The notes beneath the pieces are model-generated. The model made no database searches. It was not told the origin of the DNA and saw only the letters and a list, made by a program, of their open reading frames with translations. A stretch of DNA of 64,000 nucleotides from an uncultured Candidatus Melainabacteria bacterium (lineage in GTDB: Bacteria > Cyanobacteriota > Vampirovibrionia > Gastranaerophilales > Gastranaerophilaceae): contig CAKUZL010000003.1 in assembly GCA_934718085.1 (NCBI GenBank), positions 76,962 to 140,961 on the forward strand, given 5' to 3'. Positions within the stretch are counted from its first letter, which is position 1. Each line of letters begins with the position of its first letter. Shown piece after piece: positions 9,909 to 19,455 of the stretch. Position numbers and translations under genes: made by a program.

Positions 9909-10238
9909 TTAATCTTTGTATCTGTCGGGAATGTATTTCATCCAGTCGCTTTCGAGCCCCTGAATGAAATTATGCGCGTCAAGAACATCGTCGTAATTAA
10001 TCGCCGAAGGCGTTTGTTGAACTTCCAAAATATCGTCGTCGTCCTCGTCTTTGTCCGTAAATGAAGTCGGGTTAAACCCTAAAATCGCAACGCCGAAAGA
10101 CTTTTGACAGTTGTTGCAGATAACTTGAAGTACCAGCAATCCTTCTTCTTCTCTGAGTATCGACACCGAATTTTCGTCAAATTCCGCGCCGCATTCCGAA
10201 CAACAAAGGTCGGCAAAAAGTTTTTTAATTTTATGCAT
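9909..10238 (-). CDS. zinc-ribbon protein with acidic C-terminal half (hypothetical)
   Basis: I moved the start to ATG 10238, which has a GGAGAA SD about 9 nt upstream. The ORF-track start at 10271 has no SD. Two CxxC pairs are present (CSEC, CNNC). Confidence 0.5.
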   Translation of the reverse strand: MHKIKKLFADLCCSECGAEFDENSVSILREEEGLLVLQVICNNCQKSFGVAILGFNPTSFTDKDEDDDDILEVQQTPSAINYDDVLDAHNFIQGLESDWMKYIPDRYKD

Positions 10239-10397
10239 GCTCGTTTTCTCCGATAAAATACTCACATACATAAATTATACCGATTTTTTTTTGAAAATCA
10301 TTTAAAAATTTTTTCTTTTAAGTGTTATAAAAAATTTTTTCCGGGAATATAACATGTGTGAGGGTAAAACCCTCGGAGTTACGGAAAGGAGCCGTGT

Positions 10398-10511
10398 ATG
10401 GATATTTCTCAAGTTATTGAAGTTGTCACTTTCGGAATTTTATTGTATGTCGGATTAATTGCGGTTCCGACGATTTTGGATATAAAATTCGACAAAAAAG
10501 TTCATCAATAA
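10398..10511 (+). CDS. 37-aa hydrophobic peptide (MDISQVIEVVTFGILLYVGLIAVPTILDIKFDKKVHQ)
   Basis: AAGGAG lies 6 nt upstream of the ATG. The peptide has one predicted TM helix. It is below the ORF-track length cut-off. Confidence 0.35.
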   Translation: MDISQVIEVVTFGILLYVGLIAVPTILDIKFDKKVHQ

Positions 10512-10531
10512 GATAAGTTTTTTGAAATTGG

Positions 10532-10649
10532 AGCGAATTTTTTACTTTTTTGCACCGACTGCGATACGTTTCGAAATTTCAAAGTTTTTGCCCCTGCGGC
10601 AATATTAATTTTTCGGGAACGAGGTTTCGCCTTTCGGTGCAAATTCGCT
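10532..10649. repeat. interrupted 16-nt inverted repeat enclosing about 75 nt, abutting the cysS stop codon
   Basis: The left arm is AGCGAATTT(10532-10540)+[10-nt bulge]+TGCACCGA(10551-10558). The right arm is TCGGTGCAAATTCGCT(10634-10649). An inner hairpin is TTGCC-CCTGC-GGCAA. Confidence 0.5.
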
Positions 10650-12064
10650 TATTTTTCGCACCAAACGGACTTTTCTTTTCCGTCTTTGAAAACTATTCCG
10701 ACTTTGTCGAATTCGTTTCTGATTTTGTCCGATAAGTCCCAATTCTTTTCGGCTCGGGCTTTTGCGCGGATTTCAAGAATTTTGTCCATAGCTTCGTATG
10801 CGTTTTCGACGTCTATTTGAAATTCTTTAAGAATCGGCGCAATTTTTTCGCGGAGCTTGTCTTCGGAGATAAGTCCTTTTTCGCAGGTAAACCCGAGAAC
10901 ATGCATCAATTCGGAAAGTACCGTTACGTATTTCGAAGCTTCTTCCGTGTTGCCCGCTGCGTGTGCGCTGTTTGCTTTACCTGCCGTGTCGAAAAGTACC
11001 GAAAGCGCGACGGAGGTGTTAAAGTCGTTATCCATTGCATTTTTGAACTTTTCGGTTTCTTCGGTTTCAAATTTCTTGTCGACGACGAGGTCTGACAGGT
11101 TGTCCAACGTGCCCTGAAGTCTCGAAAAACCCGCTTTTGCGGAGTTTAAGGCTTCTTCGTTAAATTCGACGGGCATTCTGTAGTGGTTTGTCAGTATGAA
11201 AAATCTTACGGTGTCGGCACTGTATTTTTCGAGAAGTTCGTTGATTGTGATAAAATTTTTCAGAGATTTCGACATTTTTTCTTTGTTAATCGTTACAAAA
11301 CCGTTGTGAAGCCAGTATTTTACGAACGGTTTGCCGTTTGCGCAGACCGATTGCGCGATTTCGTTTTCGTGGTGAGGGAAAATCAGGTCGGCTCCTCCTG
11401 CGTGGATATCTATTTGTTCACCCAAATATTTTTTTGACATTGCGGAACATTCTATGTGCCAGCCCGGACGACCGATGCTCCAGGGCGAAGGATATCCGAA
11501 TTTTTCGTCTTTTTTCCACAAGGCAAAATCAAGCGGATCTTCTTTTCGTTCGTCTGTGTCGATTCTTGCGCCTGCTTCCAGGTCGTCAATCGGCTGTTTG
11601 CTCAGCATTCCGTAGTCCGGAAAACTTTTGACCCTAAAATAAACGTCGCCGTCGACTTCGTAAGCATGGCCTTTTTCTATAAGGGTTTTGACCATTTTTA
11701 TCATTTCTCCGAGCGTTTTCGTCGCTCGGGGTTCAAAGTCCGGGGAAAGGGTGTTCAGAGCTTTCATTGCGTCGGCAAAAATTTTGTAATATCTGCCCGA
11801 AATGACTTCCGCCGTTGTATTTTCGGCAGCCGCTTTTGCAAGAATTTTGTCGTCCACGTCGGTCACGTTTCTGCAGTATAAAACGTTGTAGCCCGAGTAT
11901 TTCAGGTATCTGTAAACCGTGTCCCAGGTTATGTAACAACGCGCATGCCCGAGGTGAGGATAATCGTAAACGGTCGGACCGCATACGTACATGGTTACTT
12001 TTTCGGGATTCATCGGTTGAAATTCTTCCGTTTTGTTTGACATCGTGTTGTGAACTTTTAACAT
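10649..12064 (-). CDS. cysS: cysteine--tRNA ligase
   Basis: The class I motifs HLGHARCY (HIGH) and KMSKS are present. AAGAGGA SD lies upstream. Confidence 0.95.
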   Translation of the reverse strand: MLKVHNTMSNKTEEFQPMNPEKVTMYVCGPTVYDYPHLGHARCYITWDTVYRYLKYSGYNVLYCRNVTDVDDKILAKAAAENTTAEVISGRYYKIFADAMKALNTLSPDFEPRATKTLGEMIKMVKTLIEKGHAYEVDGDVYFRVKSFPDYGMLSKQPIDDLEAGARIDTDERKEDPLDFALWKKDEKFGYPSPWSIGRPGWHIECSAMSKKYLGEQIDIHAGGADLIFPHHENEIAQSVCANGKPFVKYWLHNGFVTINKEKMSKSLKNFITINELLEKYSADTVRFFILTNHYRMPVEFNEEALNSAKAGFSRLQGTLDNLSDLVVDKKFETEETEKFKNAMDNDFNTSVALSVLFDTAGKANSAHAAGNTEEASKYVTVLSELMHVLGFTCEKGLISEDKLREKIAPILKEFQIDVENAYEAMDKILEIRAKARAEKNWDLSDKIRNEFDKVGIVFKDGKEKSVWCEK

Positions 12065-12166
12065 TGTTTTCCTCTTTCGGTGCAGTTTTTCGATTATTAT
12101 ATATCAAAAGAAAATTTTGTGTTATTATACCGATGTTGATAAAAAAATTTTTAAGAGGAGTATTTC

Positions 12167-13120
12167 ATGGAAAAGAAATTCGGTATAGGCGTTGATATCG
12201 GCGGAACAAACGTAAAAATTGCTTTGGTTGACGACAAAGGAGCGATTGTTTATTCGGATACCGTTCCGACGCGTGCCGAAATGGGCTATGAATATACTCT
12301 TTCTAACATAAAAAAAGCAATTTCCGATTTGCTTAAAGAGTCGAAAATCGCGAAAAACGAAATCAGAGGTATCGGTTTCGGGTTCCCGGGGCAAATCGAC
12401 TGCGATAGCGGTATCGTAAAAGAATTGCCGAATATTCCGGGATGGGTAAACGTTCCCGTCGCGAAAATTATCGAAGATGAATTCGGTATTCCCGTAAAAC
12501 TCGATAACGACGTGCGTTGCGCCGCTTTGGGCGAACTTCGTTTCGGTGCGGGTAAAGGTTGCAAAAACCTGATTTGTATTACCGTCGGAACAGGCATCGG
12601 CTCGGGCTTAATCGTAAACGGAAAGCTTGTCAGAGGTGCTTCGTGCGCCGCGGGCGAACTCGGTCACGTGAAACTTTCGATAAACGACGGTCCCCTTTGC
12701 GGTTGCGGCGACAGAGGCTGCCTTGAAGCTTATGCGTCGGGACCTGCGGTAACGGCAATGGCAAAAGAGTATATCGAAGGCGGAAAATCGACCAAGTACA
12801 GAGAGCTCGCAAACCCGGACATTACTCCTTATATCGTCTGTGAAGCAGCAAAACAGGGTGATAAAGTCGCGAAAAAGATTTTTGAAATAATCGGAAACTA
12901 CATCGGAGTCGGGCTTACGAGCGTCATAAATTTGTTGAACCCCGAAAAAGTTATCATTGGCGGCGGAGTGGCCGATGCGGACGAGTTTTTGCTCGACCCG
13001 ATACGTAAAACCGTGAAAGAACGTGCAATGCAAATTCAAGGTGAATGCGTCGAAATAGTGAAGGCTGAACTCGCAAATACGGCAGGTGTTATAGGAGCGT
13101 CTTTGTTGACGGAAAGCTGA
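12167..13120 (+). CDS. glk: ROK-family glucokinase
   Basis: The ATP site is DIGGTNVKIALVD. The ROK zinc motif is GHVKLSINDGPLCGCGDRGCLEAYAS. AGAGGAG SD lies upstream. Confidence 0.85.
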   Translation: MEKKFGIGVDIGGTNVKIALVDDKGAIVYSDTVPTRAEMGYEYTLSNIKKAISDLLKESKIAKNEIRGIGFGFPGQIDCDSGIVKELPNIPGWVNVPVAKIIEDEFGIPVKLDNDVRCAALGELRFGAGKGCKNLICITVGTGIGSGLIVNGKLVRGASCAAGELGHVKLSINDGPLCGCGDRGCLEAYASGPAVTAMAKEYIEGGKSTKYRELANPDITPYIVCEAAKQGDKVAKKIFEIIGNYIGVGLTSVINLLNPEKVIIGGGVADADEFLLDPIRKTVKERAMQIQGECVEIVKAELANTAGVIGASLLTES

Positions 13121-13121
13121 T

Positions 13122-14108
13122 ATGCCATGCTTTTTTTTCTACGGTACCGATGATTACAAAATCGAACTTCAGATCGAAAAATTGAAGTCCGAACTTTTGG
13201 ATGAAAATTTCAAGTTCATGAATTTTCGGACTTTCTATTCGCCCGCTCCCGCCGAATTGTCGGACATTTGCGCGTCAACGCCGTTGATGTTCGGAAATAT
13301 GATAACGCTTATAAAAGTCGATAATTATTTTTTCAAAATAAAAAACCGTAGCGTCGAATTTTCCGATAAACAGGCGGATTACCTTGCGGCAATTCTCGAA
13401 AAAATTCCGCCCGCTCACACATTGATTTTTACGTGTGTTGTTCCGAACGGCAAAAAAATTGATTCGAGAAAAAGAATTTTCAAAGTTCTTTCAAAATCGG
13501 CAAAATGCACTGAATTAAATAAATTCAGAAGTTACGACAAAGATTTGATTCCGTATATTGCAGGCATGATAAAATCAAAAGAACTTTCCGCCGATACCGG
13601 TGTCGTAAAGCTTTTAATACAAAGGCTCGGTACTGATTTGCGGTTGATTTCTTCGGAAATAGACAAGTTGAAGCTCGGAATTTATCCCGCAAAAAAAATT
13701 ACAGAAAAAAACGTCGAAGAATTTTGTGTTATAAAAGAGGACATTTTCGCTCTGACCGATTTGGTCGCCTCGTTCGACAAAAATGAGGTTTTGCGCCAAT
13801 ATACCGCCGTTTGCGCCAAGGCTCACCCGCTTGAAATTTTGGCATGGCTTCAGTCGACAGTGAAAAAAATGTTGTTTGTAAAATTAAACGAAAAAACGAT
13901 GTCCGCAAAAAACATGGCGGTTGTTCTAAAAATGCAGGAATACCCCGTAAAATTGCTAATGCAGAAAATTTCCCGCCTCTCGGGCGATGATATTATAAAT
14001 TTAAAGCACGCTCTGACGGAAGCGGAGTACAAAATCAAAACGGGAAAAGCCTTTGATAATGCAGATTTGCTGGAATCCGTTCTTCTGACGGGAGGAAAAA
14101 ATGTTTGA
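13122..14108 (+). CDS. holA: DNA polymerase III subunit delta
   Basis: The 328-aa product has a delta-like N-terminus (FFFYGTDDYKIELQIEKLK). Its length and helical C-terminal domain are consistent with HolA. Confidence 0.7.
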   Translation: MPCFFFYGTDDYKIELQIEKLKSELLDENFKFMNFRTFYSPAPAELSDICASTPLMFGNMITLIKVDNYFFKIKNRSVEFSDKQADYLAAILEKIPPAHTLIFTCVVPNGKKIDSRKRIFKVLSKSAKCTELNKFRSYDKDLIPYIAGMIKSKELSADTGVVKLLIQRLGTDLRLISSEIDKLKLGIYPAKKITEKNVEEFCVIKEDIFALTDLVASFDKNEVLRQYTAVCAKAHPLEILAWLQSTVKKMLFVKLNEKTMSAKNMAVVLKMQEYPVKLLMQKISRLSGDDIINLKHALTEAEYKIKTGKAFDNADLLESVLLTGGKNV

Positions 14109-15048
14109 ACCTTTTTCCGGCAAGTATTCTCTGATTTCAAAATTTTTCGAAAACTATGCGATAAACGGAAAAATTCCGAATTCGATAATTTTGTACGGAC
14201 AAGACGTGCCCGCCCAATATTGCTTTGCGAAACTTCTTGCCCGTGCCGCAAATTGCACGGAAACCGGGCTATTTGACTGTTCATGCAAAAATTGTAATTT
14301 TATTTCTTCGAACACCCATGCCGCAATTTCCACCGTTTCGAAAATTGACTCAAAACCCGCCGATGACGCGACAACAACGGTCATTTCCAAAAAGCAGACG
14401 GATGCGGTAAAGGACAAAATTCTTCATACGTCGGATTATCACAGATTTTTTATTTTTTGCGATGCCGAGTTAAAAACCCTTTCCTCCGCCGAAAAGCGAC
14501 ACTTTGAGGAGTTAAGAAAATTCAATGTCACTTTTCCCTCAACAGAAAATCAAACTTGGGTTCCCGAAGGGTTGACGCCGCGGTGTTTTTCGGACGTGAC
14601 GGCTAATTCCTTGCTGAAATGTATCGAAGAGCCGCCCGAAAAAGTTTCGTTCGTTTTTCTTACTCAAACTCCGGAAAACCTTATTTCTACAATAATTTCA
14701 CGATCGCAAATTTTTTACGTCCCCGGGTCGGTCGAAAAAGTTTACGATTGCGATTTTTTTGCAAAATATTTCGACCTTTATCCCTTTGTTCCAAATTCCA
14801 TGATTTGCGAAATTTCGCGCTTTTTGGAAGATTTCAAACTTTCTTCGGGGATGTCGACGTCAGAAATTTTAGACAATTTAATATTCGGATTTGTACAAAA
14901 ACTTAAAACAGCTCAAAACTTTGCTTATCAGTCAAAAATTTTTTCGGATATCGAAAAAATTAAGAAATGTAAAGAAATGGCAAATTCGTCCGTGAAGGAC
15001 GAGCATGTTTTTACCGAAACAGCTTTTGTTTTTGTCGGAAAAATTTAG
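14101..15048 (+). CDS. holB: DNA polymerase III subunit delta' (degenerate P-loop)
   Basis: The clamp-loader fold has a non-functional P-loop position (ILYGQDVPAQY) and the zinc module CTETGLFDCSCKNCNF. 8-nt overlap with holA. Confidence 0.6.
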   Translation: MFEPFSGKYSLISKFFENYAINGKIPNSIILYGQDVPAQYCFAKLLARAANCTETGLFDCSCKNCNFISSNTHAAISTVSKIDSKPADDATTTVISKKQTDAVKDKILHTSDYHRFFIFCDAELKTLSSAEKRHFEELRKFNVTFPSTENQTWVPEGLTPRCFSDVTANSLLKCIEEPPEKVSFVFLTQTPENLISTIISRSQIFYVPGSVEKVYDCDFFAKYFDLYPFVPNSMICEISRFLEDFKLSSGMSTSEILDNLIFGFVQKLKTAQNFAYQSKIFSDIEKIKKCKEMANSSVKDEHVFTETAFVFVGKI

Positions 15049-15185
15049 TTTTTCGAACTGATGTTAAAAAACGGAGGAAATGAAGGTTGCTTTTTGATGT
15101 CCGCCTTTTTCAGTCCGAGTCCGCAAAGTCCTACGACAGGCTCTTTTTTGTTTTTTTTGAAAAAATCGATTTTAATCGGTTCCAT
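15045..15185 (-). CDS. 46-aa basic peptide (MEPIKIDFFKKNKKEPVVGLCGLGLKKADIKKQPSFPPFFNISSKN)
   Basis: AAAGGAG lies 7-8 nt upstream of the ATG (15185-15183). The stop overlaps the holB stop. I translated it by hand; it is below the ORF-track cut-off. Confidence 0.3.
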   Translation of the reverse strand: MEPIKIDFFKKNKKEPVVGLCGLGLKKADIKKQPSFPPFFNISSKN

Positions 15186-15261
15186 TTTTTTTCTCCTTTG
15201 TTGTATAATCAATTATAGATTAATGTTGATGATGTAAAAATCAACGGGAAAGAGGATAATT

Positions 15262-15462
15262 ATGGCAAAAGTTACAAAAGATATGAATATTATCGATATA
15301 GTTCAAGCTCACCCCGAATCGGTTGAAGTGTTCGTGAAGTACGGCATGGGTTGTATCGGTTGTGCGGCGGCTAAGTTCGAAAACCTCGAAGCAGGTGCGA
15401 GAGTACACGGTTTCGACCCCGACGAAATGGTTGCCGACATAAATAAGCTTATCGGCGAATAA
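15262..15462 (+). CDS. DUF1858 / hybrid-cluster-protein-associated redox disulfide domain protein
   Basis: The 66-aa product carries the [15 protein letters not shown] motif typical of this small family. AGAGGA SD lies upstream, and TGTATAAT lies about 52 nt upstream. Confidence 0.7.
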   Translation: MAKVTKDMNIIDIVQAHPESVEVFVKYGMGCIGCAAAKFENLEAGARVHGFDPDEMVADINKLIGE

Positions 15463-15473
15463 GGAGATTTTTT

Positions 15474-15953
15474 ATGGAAAGAACGTTTGTTGCAGTAAAA
15501 CCCGACGGTGTTCAAAGAGGTCTTGTCGGCGAAATTATTTCCCGTTTTGAACGCAAAGGATACAAAATCGTCGCGATGAAAATGTTGGTGCCCTCCGAAG
15601 AATTGGTTTCAAAGCACTACGAAGAACATATCGGCAAATCGTTCTTCCCTCGTTTGTTGAAATACTTGTCCTCGGGTCCTGTCGTCGCGATGGTTCTCGA
15701 AGGCATGAACATCGTTCACGGAGTTCGTCATATCGTAGGTGCGACAAACCCCGATGAAGCGGATGTAGGAACAATCAGAGCCGATTTTGCTCAAATAAAA
15801 CAACAAAATGTTGTTCATGCTTCGGACTGCATTGAAAGTGCCAACCGTGAAATCGGAATTTGGTTTGACGATTCCGAACTTTGCAACGAAGAACAATCGT
15901 TTATGGAATCACTCATGATGCAGGAACTCGAAGAGTTGAGCGCGGCAAAATAA
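15474..15953 (+). CDS. ndk: nucleoside-diphosphate kinase
   Basis: [28 protein letters not shown] and the catalytic-His region NVVHASD are present. AAGGAG SD lies upstream. Confidence 0.95.
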   Translation: MERTFVAVKPDGVQRGLVGEIISRFERKGYKIVAMKMLVPSEELVSKHYEEHIGKSFFPRLLKYLSSGPVVAMVLEGMNIVHGVRHIVGATNPDEADVGTIRADFAQIKQQNVVHASDCIESANREIGIWFDDSELCNEEQSFMESLMMQELEELSAAK

Positions 15954-17083
15954 TGGCGAAATCGGATTTCTTCAGGTTTGAACTTTTGAAAGAGTGCAAG
16001 CGAACAAAGGCTCGCGCAGGGATTTTTCATACTCCTCACGGAGACATAAAAACACCCGTATTTATGCCCGTAGGAACTCATTCCGCGGTAAAAGCCCTAA
16101 CAAAACATCACCTCGAAGAAACAAACGCTCAGATTATTCTTTCAAATTCGTATCACCTGTTTTTACGCCCGGGTCACGAACTCATTCGCGAAGCCGGCGG
16201 ACTTCACAAGTGGATGAATTGGCAAAAGCCGATTTTAACCGATTCCGGCGGGTTTCAGGTGTTCAGTCTTGCTCACCTCAGAAATATTTCCGAAGACGGA
16301 GTTAAGTTCAAAGACCCGAAAACAGGCTCTTCATACTATATTAACCCCGAGATTTCCATGGAAATTCAGCAGGCTTTGGGTCCCGATATTGCAATGGCGT
16401 TCGACGAGTGCTCTCCGTATCCGTGTTCGTACGAACAGGCAAAATCCGCGATGGAGCGTACTCACAGATGGCTCGACAGGTGCTTTAAAGCTCATAAGCG
16501 TGACGATCAGGCACTTTTCCCGATTGTTCAGGGTGCGTTTTTTGACGATTTGAGAAAAGAAAGTGCAAAAGTAATTTCGTCGTTCGATGCCGTCGGCTAC
16601 GCTATCGGCGGTGTCAGCGTCGGAGAGCCCGCAGATATAAAAAATTATTATACAAATTTCGTTACCGACTTTTTGCCGCAAAACAAGCCCCGTTACCTGA
16701 TGGGTGTCGGAACGCCCGAAGATTTGTTGGACGGCGTCAAAAACGGTATTGATATGTTCGATTGTGTATTACCTACCAGAAATGCCCGCCACGGCTCGTT
16801 CTTCACTGATGCCGGACGAAAAATCATTAAAAATAAAGAATTCGAAAAAGATTTCTCGCCGCTTGATTCAAATTGCGATTGTTTTGCCTGCAAAAACCAT
16901 TCAAAAGCGTATATCCGTTATCTTTTCCGCGAAGGCGAGTCAAATGCCGCGATTTTGATGTCGATTCATAATGTGAGATACCTCGTTCGGTTTTCCGAAA
17001 TGCTTCACGAAGCGATTTTGAACGACGCTTTTCCCGAATTTTATGAAAATCGTATGTCGTTGTTGGGCTGTTTGAACAGATAA
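15953..17083 (+). CDS. tgt: tRNA-guanine transglycosylase
   Basis: Motifs LTDSGGFQV, GYAIGGVSVGEP and the zinc site CDCFACKNHSKAY are present. The start is at a TAATG overlap with the ndk stop; the ORF-track start at 15881 lies inside ndk. Confidence 0.95.
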   Translation: MAKSDFFRFELLKECKRTKARAGIFHTPHGDIKTPVFMPVGTHSAVKALTKHHLEETNAQIILSNSYHLFLRPGHELIREAGGLHKWMNWQKPILTDSGGFQVFSLAHLRNISEDGVKFKDPKTGSSYYINPEISMEIQQALGPDIAMAFDECSPYPCSYEQAKSAMERTHRWLDRCFKAHKRDDQALFPIVQGAFFDDLRKESAKVISSFDAVGYAIGGVSVGEPADIKNYYTNFVTDFLPQNKPRYLMGVGTPEDLLDGVKNGIDMFDCVLPTRNARHGSFFTDAGRKIIKNKEFEKDFSPLDSNCDCFACKNHSKAYIRYLFREGESNAAILMSIHNVRYLVRFSEMLHEAILNDAFPEFYENRMSLLGCLNR

Positions 17084-17226
17084 AATTCTTTCGCAAGGTT
17101 TGGATAAAAGCGTGTGCCCGTGTGCAAAACCGCAATGGCGGACATGCTTTGTTTTTTGTCTAATTCAGCGGTTTGTCGGGCAAACAAGAGTTACGCGAAA
17201 AACATTCTCTAATCAAATTTTCCATA

Positions 17227-17259
17227 CAAAAAAGACCTTCCCGAAAGAAGGTCTTTTTG
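17227..17259. terminator. bidirectional rho-independent terminator between tgt and nupC
   Basis: The stem is AGACCTTC(17233-17240)/GAAGGTCT(17247-17254) with loop CCGAAA. It is flanked by an A-run and a T-run. Confidence 0.8.
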
Positions 17260-17272
17260 CTTAATGTTTTTA

Positions 17273-18544
17273 TTAAACCAAAATTCCCGCAATGCAGGCG
17301 GATATGTATGATGTAAGCGTTCCGCAAATAAGCGCCCGAACCCCGAGACGAGCGAGGTTTTTGCGTTGATTGGGCGCAAGTTCGCCGATACCGCCGATTT
17401 GAATAGCGATTGTTGCGATATTTGCAAATCCGCACAGTGCAAACGTTGCGATAGCTTGGCTTTTCGGAGTCAATGTCATTTTTACCATATCCATATATCC
17501 GAGAGTTTCGTTGATTACGAATTTTTCTCCGATAAGTGTCCCGACATTCGAAATATCCGCGGGAGAAACGCCCATTAACAGAGCAAAAATCGAAAATACC
17601 TTACCGAGTATCGCCTTTAACGAAAGATGCGTTATATCGAGTCCTACGCAGCTTAAATCGAGATGTGTCCAATCGTGCAAGAGTATGCCAGCTTTTCCTA
17701 TAAACAAATCGATAAACGAAAGCAACGCTACAAGTGCCAAAAGCATTGCCACGACGTTCAAAGCGACTTTCAGCCCTTCCGATGCGCCTTTCGAAATCGC
17801 ATCGAGCACATTTACGTCGGTTCTTCTTTTTCTTATTTTAAAATTGTCCTTCGTTTGGGGTTCGCCGGTTTCGGGGAAAACGATTTTCGAGACCACAAAC
17901 GCGCCCGGAGCAGCCATAACCGACGCCGCGAGCAGGTATTGCATGGGAACGCCCCATCCCGCATAAAGCATCAAAACGCTGCCTGAGATACACGCCGTCG
18001 AACCCGTCATCGAAGCAAGAAGTTCGGAGCGGGTCAAGTTCGGCAGATACGGCTTGATAACCGATTGCGCCGCCACATTGCCCAAAAACGTGCTTGCCGC
18101 GTTCGAAAGAGCTTCCGCACCGCTGACGTCCATTATTTTATTCATTGCTTTCCCCAAAAGCATAATGATTTTTTGCATAATTCCGTAATAGTACAAAATA
18201 TTTACGAGAACCATCATGAAAATCAGGGTAGGAATAAGCTGTAAAGTAAATATAAAAGAGTTTGAGCCGAAAAGCTCCGTAAGTTTGTCGGGGCTTGCCG
18301 TCAAAAATCCGAATACGAAATTTGCACCCGCCATTGCGGATTCCAAAATTTTGTTGACCAGATTTCCGATAAATTCGAAAATCTTAATTCCGAGCGGAAC
18401 CTTCAAAATAAACACCGCAAGCGCGACTTGCAAAAGGAATCCGACCGTAACGGTTTTGTAATTAATCTGCTTCCTGTTGTTCGACATCAAAAACGCGATA
18501 GCCAGAAACACTACGATTCCGACAATACCGATAAATCTGTCCAT
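17273..18544 (-). CDS. nupC: NupC/NupG-family concentrative nucleoside transporter
   Basis: This multi-TM protein has the C-terminal signature GFANIATIAIQIGGIGELAPNQR. I moved the start to MDRFIG (GAGGTG SD), which matches the NupC N-terminus. Confidence 0.85.
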   Translation of the reverse strand: MDRFIGIVGIVVFLAIAFLMSNNRKQINYKTVTVGFLLQVALAVFILKVPLGIKIFEFIGNLVNKILESAMAGANFVFGFLTASPDKLTELFGSNSFIFTLQLIPTLIFMMVLVNILYYYGIMQKIIMLLGKAMNKIMDVSGAEALSNAASTFLGNVAAQSVIKPYLPNLTRSELLASMTGSTACISGSVLMLYAGWGVPMQYLLAASVMAAPGAFVVSKIVFPETGEPQTKDNFKIRKRRTDVNVLDAISKGASEGLKVALNVVAMLLALVALLSFIDLFIGKAGILLHDWTHLDLSCVGLDITHLSLKAILGKVFSIFALLMGVSPADISNVGTLIGEKFVINETLGYMDMVKMTLTPKSQAIATFALCGFANIATIAIQIGGIGELAPNQRKNLARLGVRALICGTLTSYISACIAGILV

Positions 18545-18624
18545 AAAACACCTCATCTCTCGTACGAATCCGATTTTAAACCGCTAAAAAAATTTTTCAA
18601 ACAATTTGTTACAAATCTATACAT

Positions 18625-19455
18625 TTAAAAATTTTTCAGAGCATTTTTTGCGGCTTTTTTCATTGCCGAAAAGTCCGGGGTTACTCCCGTCCATATTTCA
18701 AAGGCTTTCAGCGCCTGCCAAACAAGCATGTCGAGCCCTTCCACCGTTTTTAATCCGCATTTTTCGGCGGCTTTGAGAAACTGCGTTTTTGCGGGATTAT
18801 AAACGATATCGTATGCAACGGCGTTGTTTTCGGCAGTTGCAAAAAGTTTTTCGTCAACAGGTGTTTCGTCGACGAATTTTCCGTACATTCCGAGCGGAGT
18901 GGAGTTTACTATAAGGTCAAAGCCCGACAAATCGGTAATTTGAGTCGTTACCGTAATTTTTACGCAGGGAAAATTATTCGTGACCTGATCTTTTAAAACA
19001 TTGCCTCGTTCAAAATTTCTGACAAGCAAAGTCAAATGCGGTGTTTTTTTGTCTGCAAGTGCGGTTGCGGCGGCTTTTGCGGCACCTCCGTTTCCGATAA
19101 TCAATGCATTTTCAAAATCTTTTTCGAGTCCTTTTTGAAACCCGAAAATGTCGGTGTTAAAGCCCGACAAACTCCCGTCGGCGTTGATTTTTACCGTGTT
19201 GGTGCACCCTGCGGCGCGAACGTTATTGTCAATATCCTTCAAAAATTCCGTTACAGCGGTTTTGTGCGGAATTGTTACGTTAAATCCCGTAAAGCCTTGT
19301 TGTTTAAGGTTTTCTACGGTATTTTTCAAGTCGCCGGGTAAAACGTCAAAAACTTCGTATTTGCCGTCGATTTTCGTTTGAGAGAAGGCGGTTTCGTGAA
19401 TTATTTTTGACAGAGAATGACCCGTCGGATGTCCCAAAAGTGCAGTTTTAATCAT
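18625..19455 (-). CDS. aroE: shikimate dehydrogenase
   Basis: NVTIPHK and the Rossmann motif IIGNGGAAKAAA are present. 8-nt overlap with topA. Confidence 0.85.
   Translation of the reverse strand: MIKTALLGHPTGHSLSKIIHETAFSQTKIDGKYEVFDVLPGDLKNTVENLKQQGFTGFNVTIPHKTAVTEFLKDIDNNVRAAGCTNTVKINADGSLSGFNTDIFGFQKGLEKDFENALIIGNGGAAKAAATALADKKTPHLTLLVRNFERGNVLKDQVTNNFPCVKITVTTQITDLSGFDLIVNSTPLGMYGKFVDETPVDEKLFATAENNAVAYDIVYNPAKTQFLKAAEKCGLKTVEGLDMLVWQALKAFEIWTGVTPDFSAMKKAAKNALKNF

Noticed and set aside
10512-12166. T-box or other leader riboswitches for cysS, and likewise for pheS (34122-34245) and leuS (36443-36452)
   Set aside because: The 5' regions are about 100 nt or shorter, contain ordinary SD sites, and show no T-box (AGGGUGGNACCGCG-like) or specifier-loop features.
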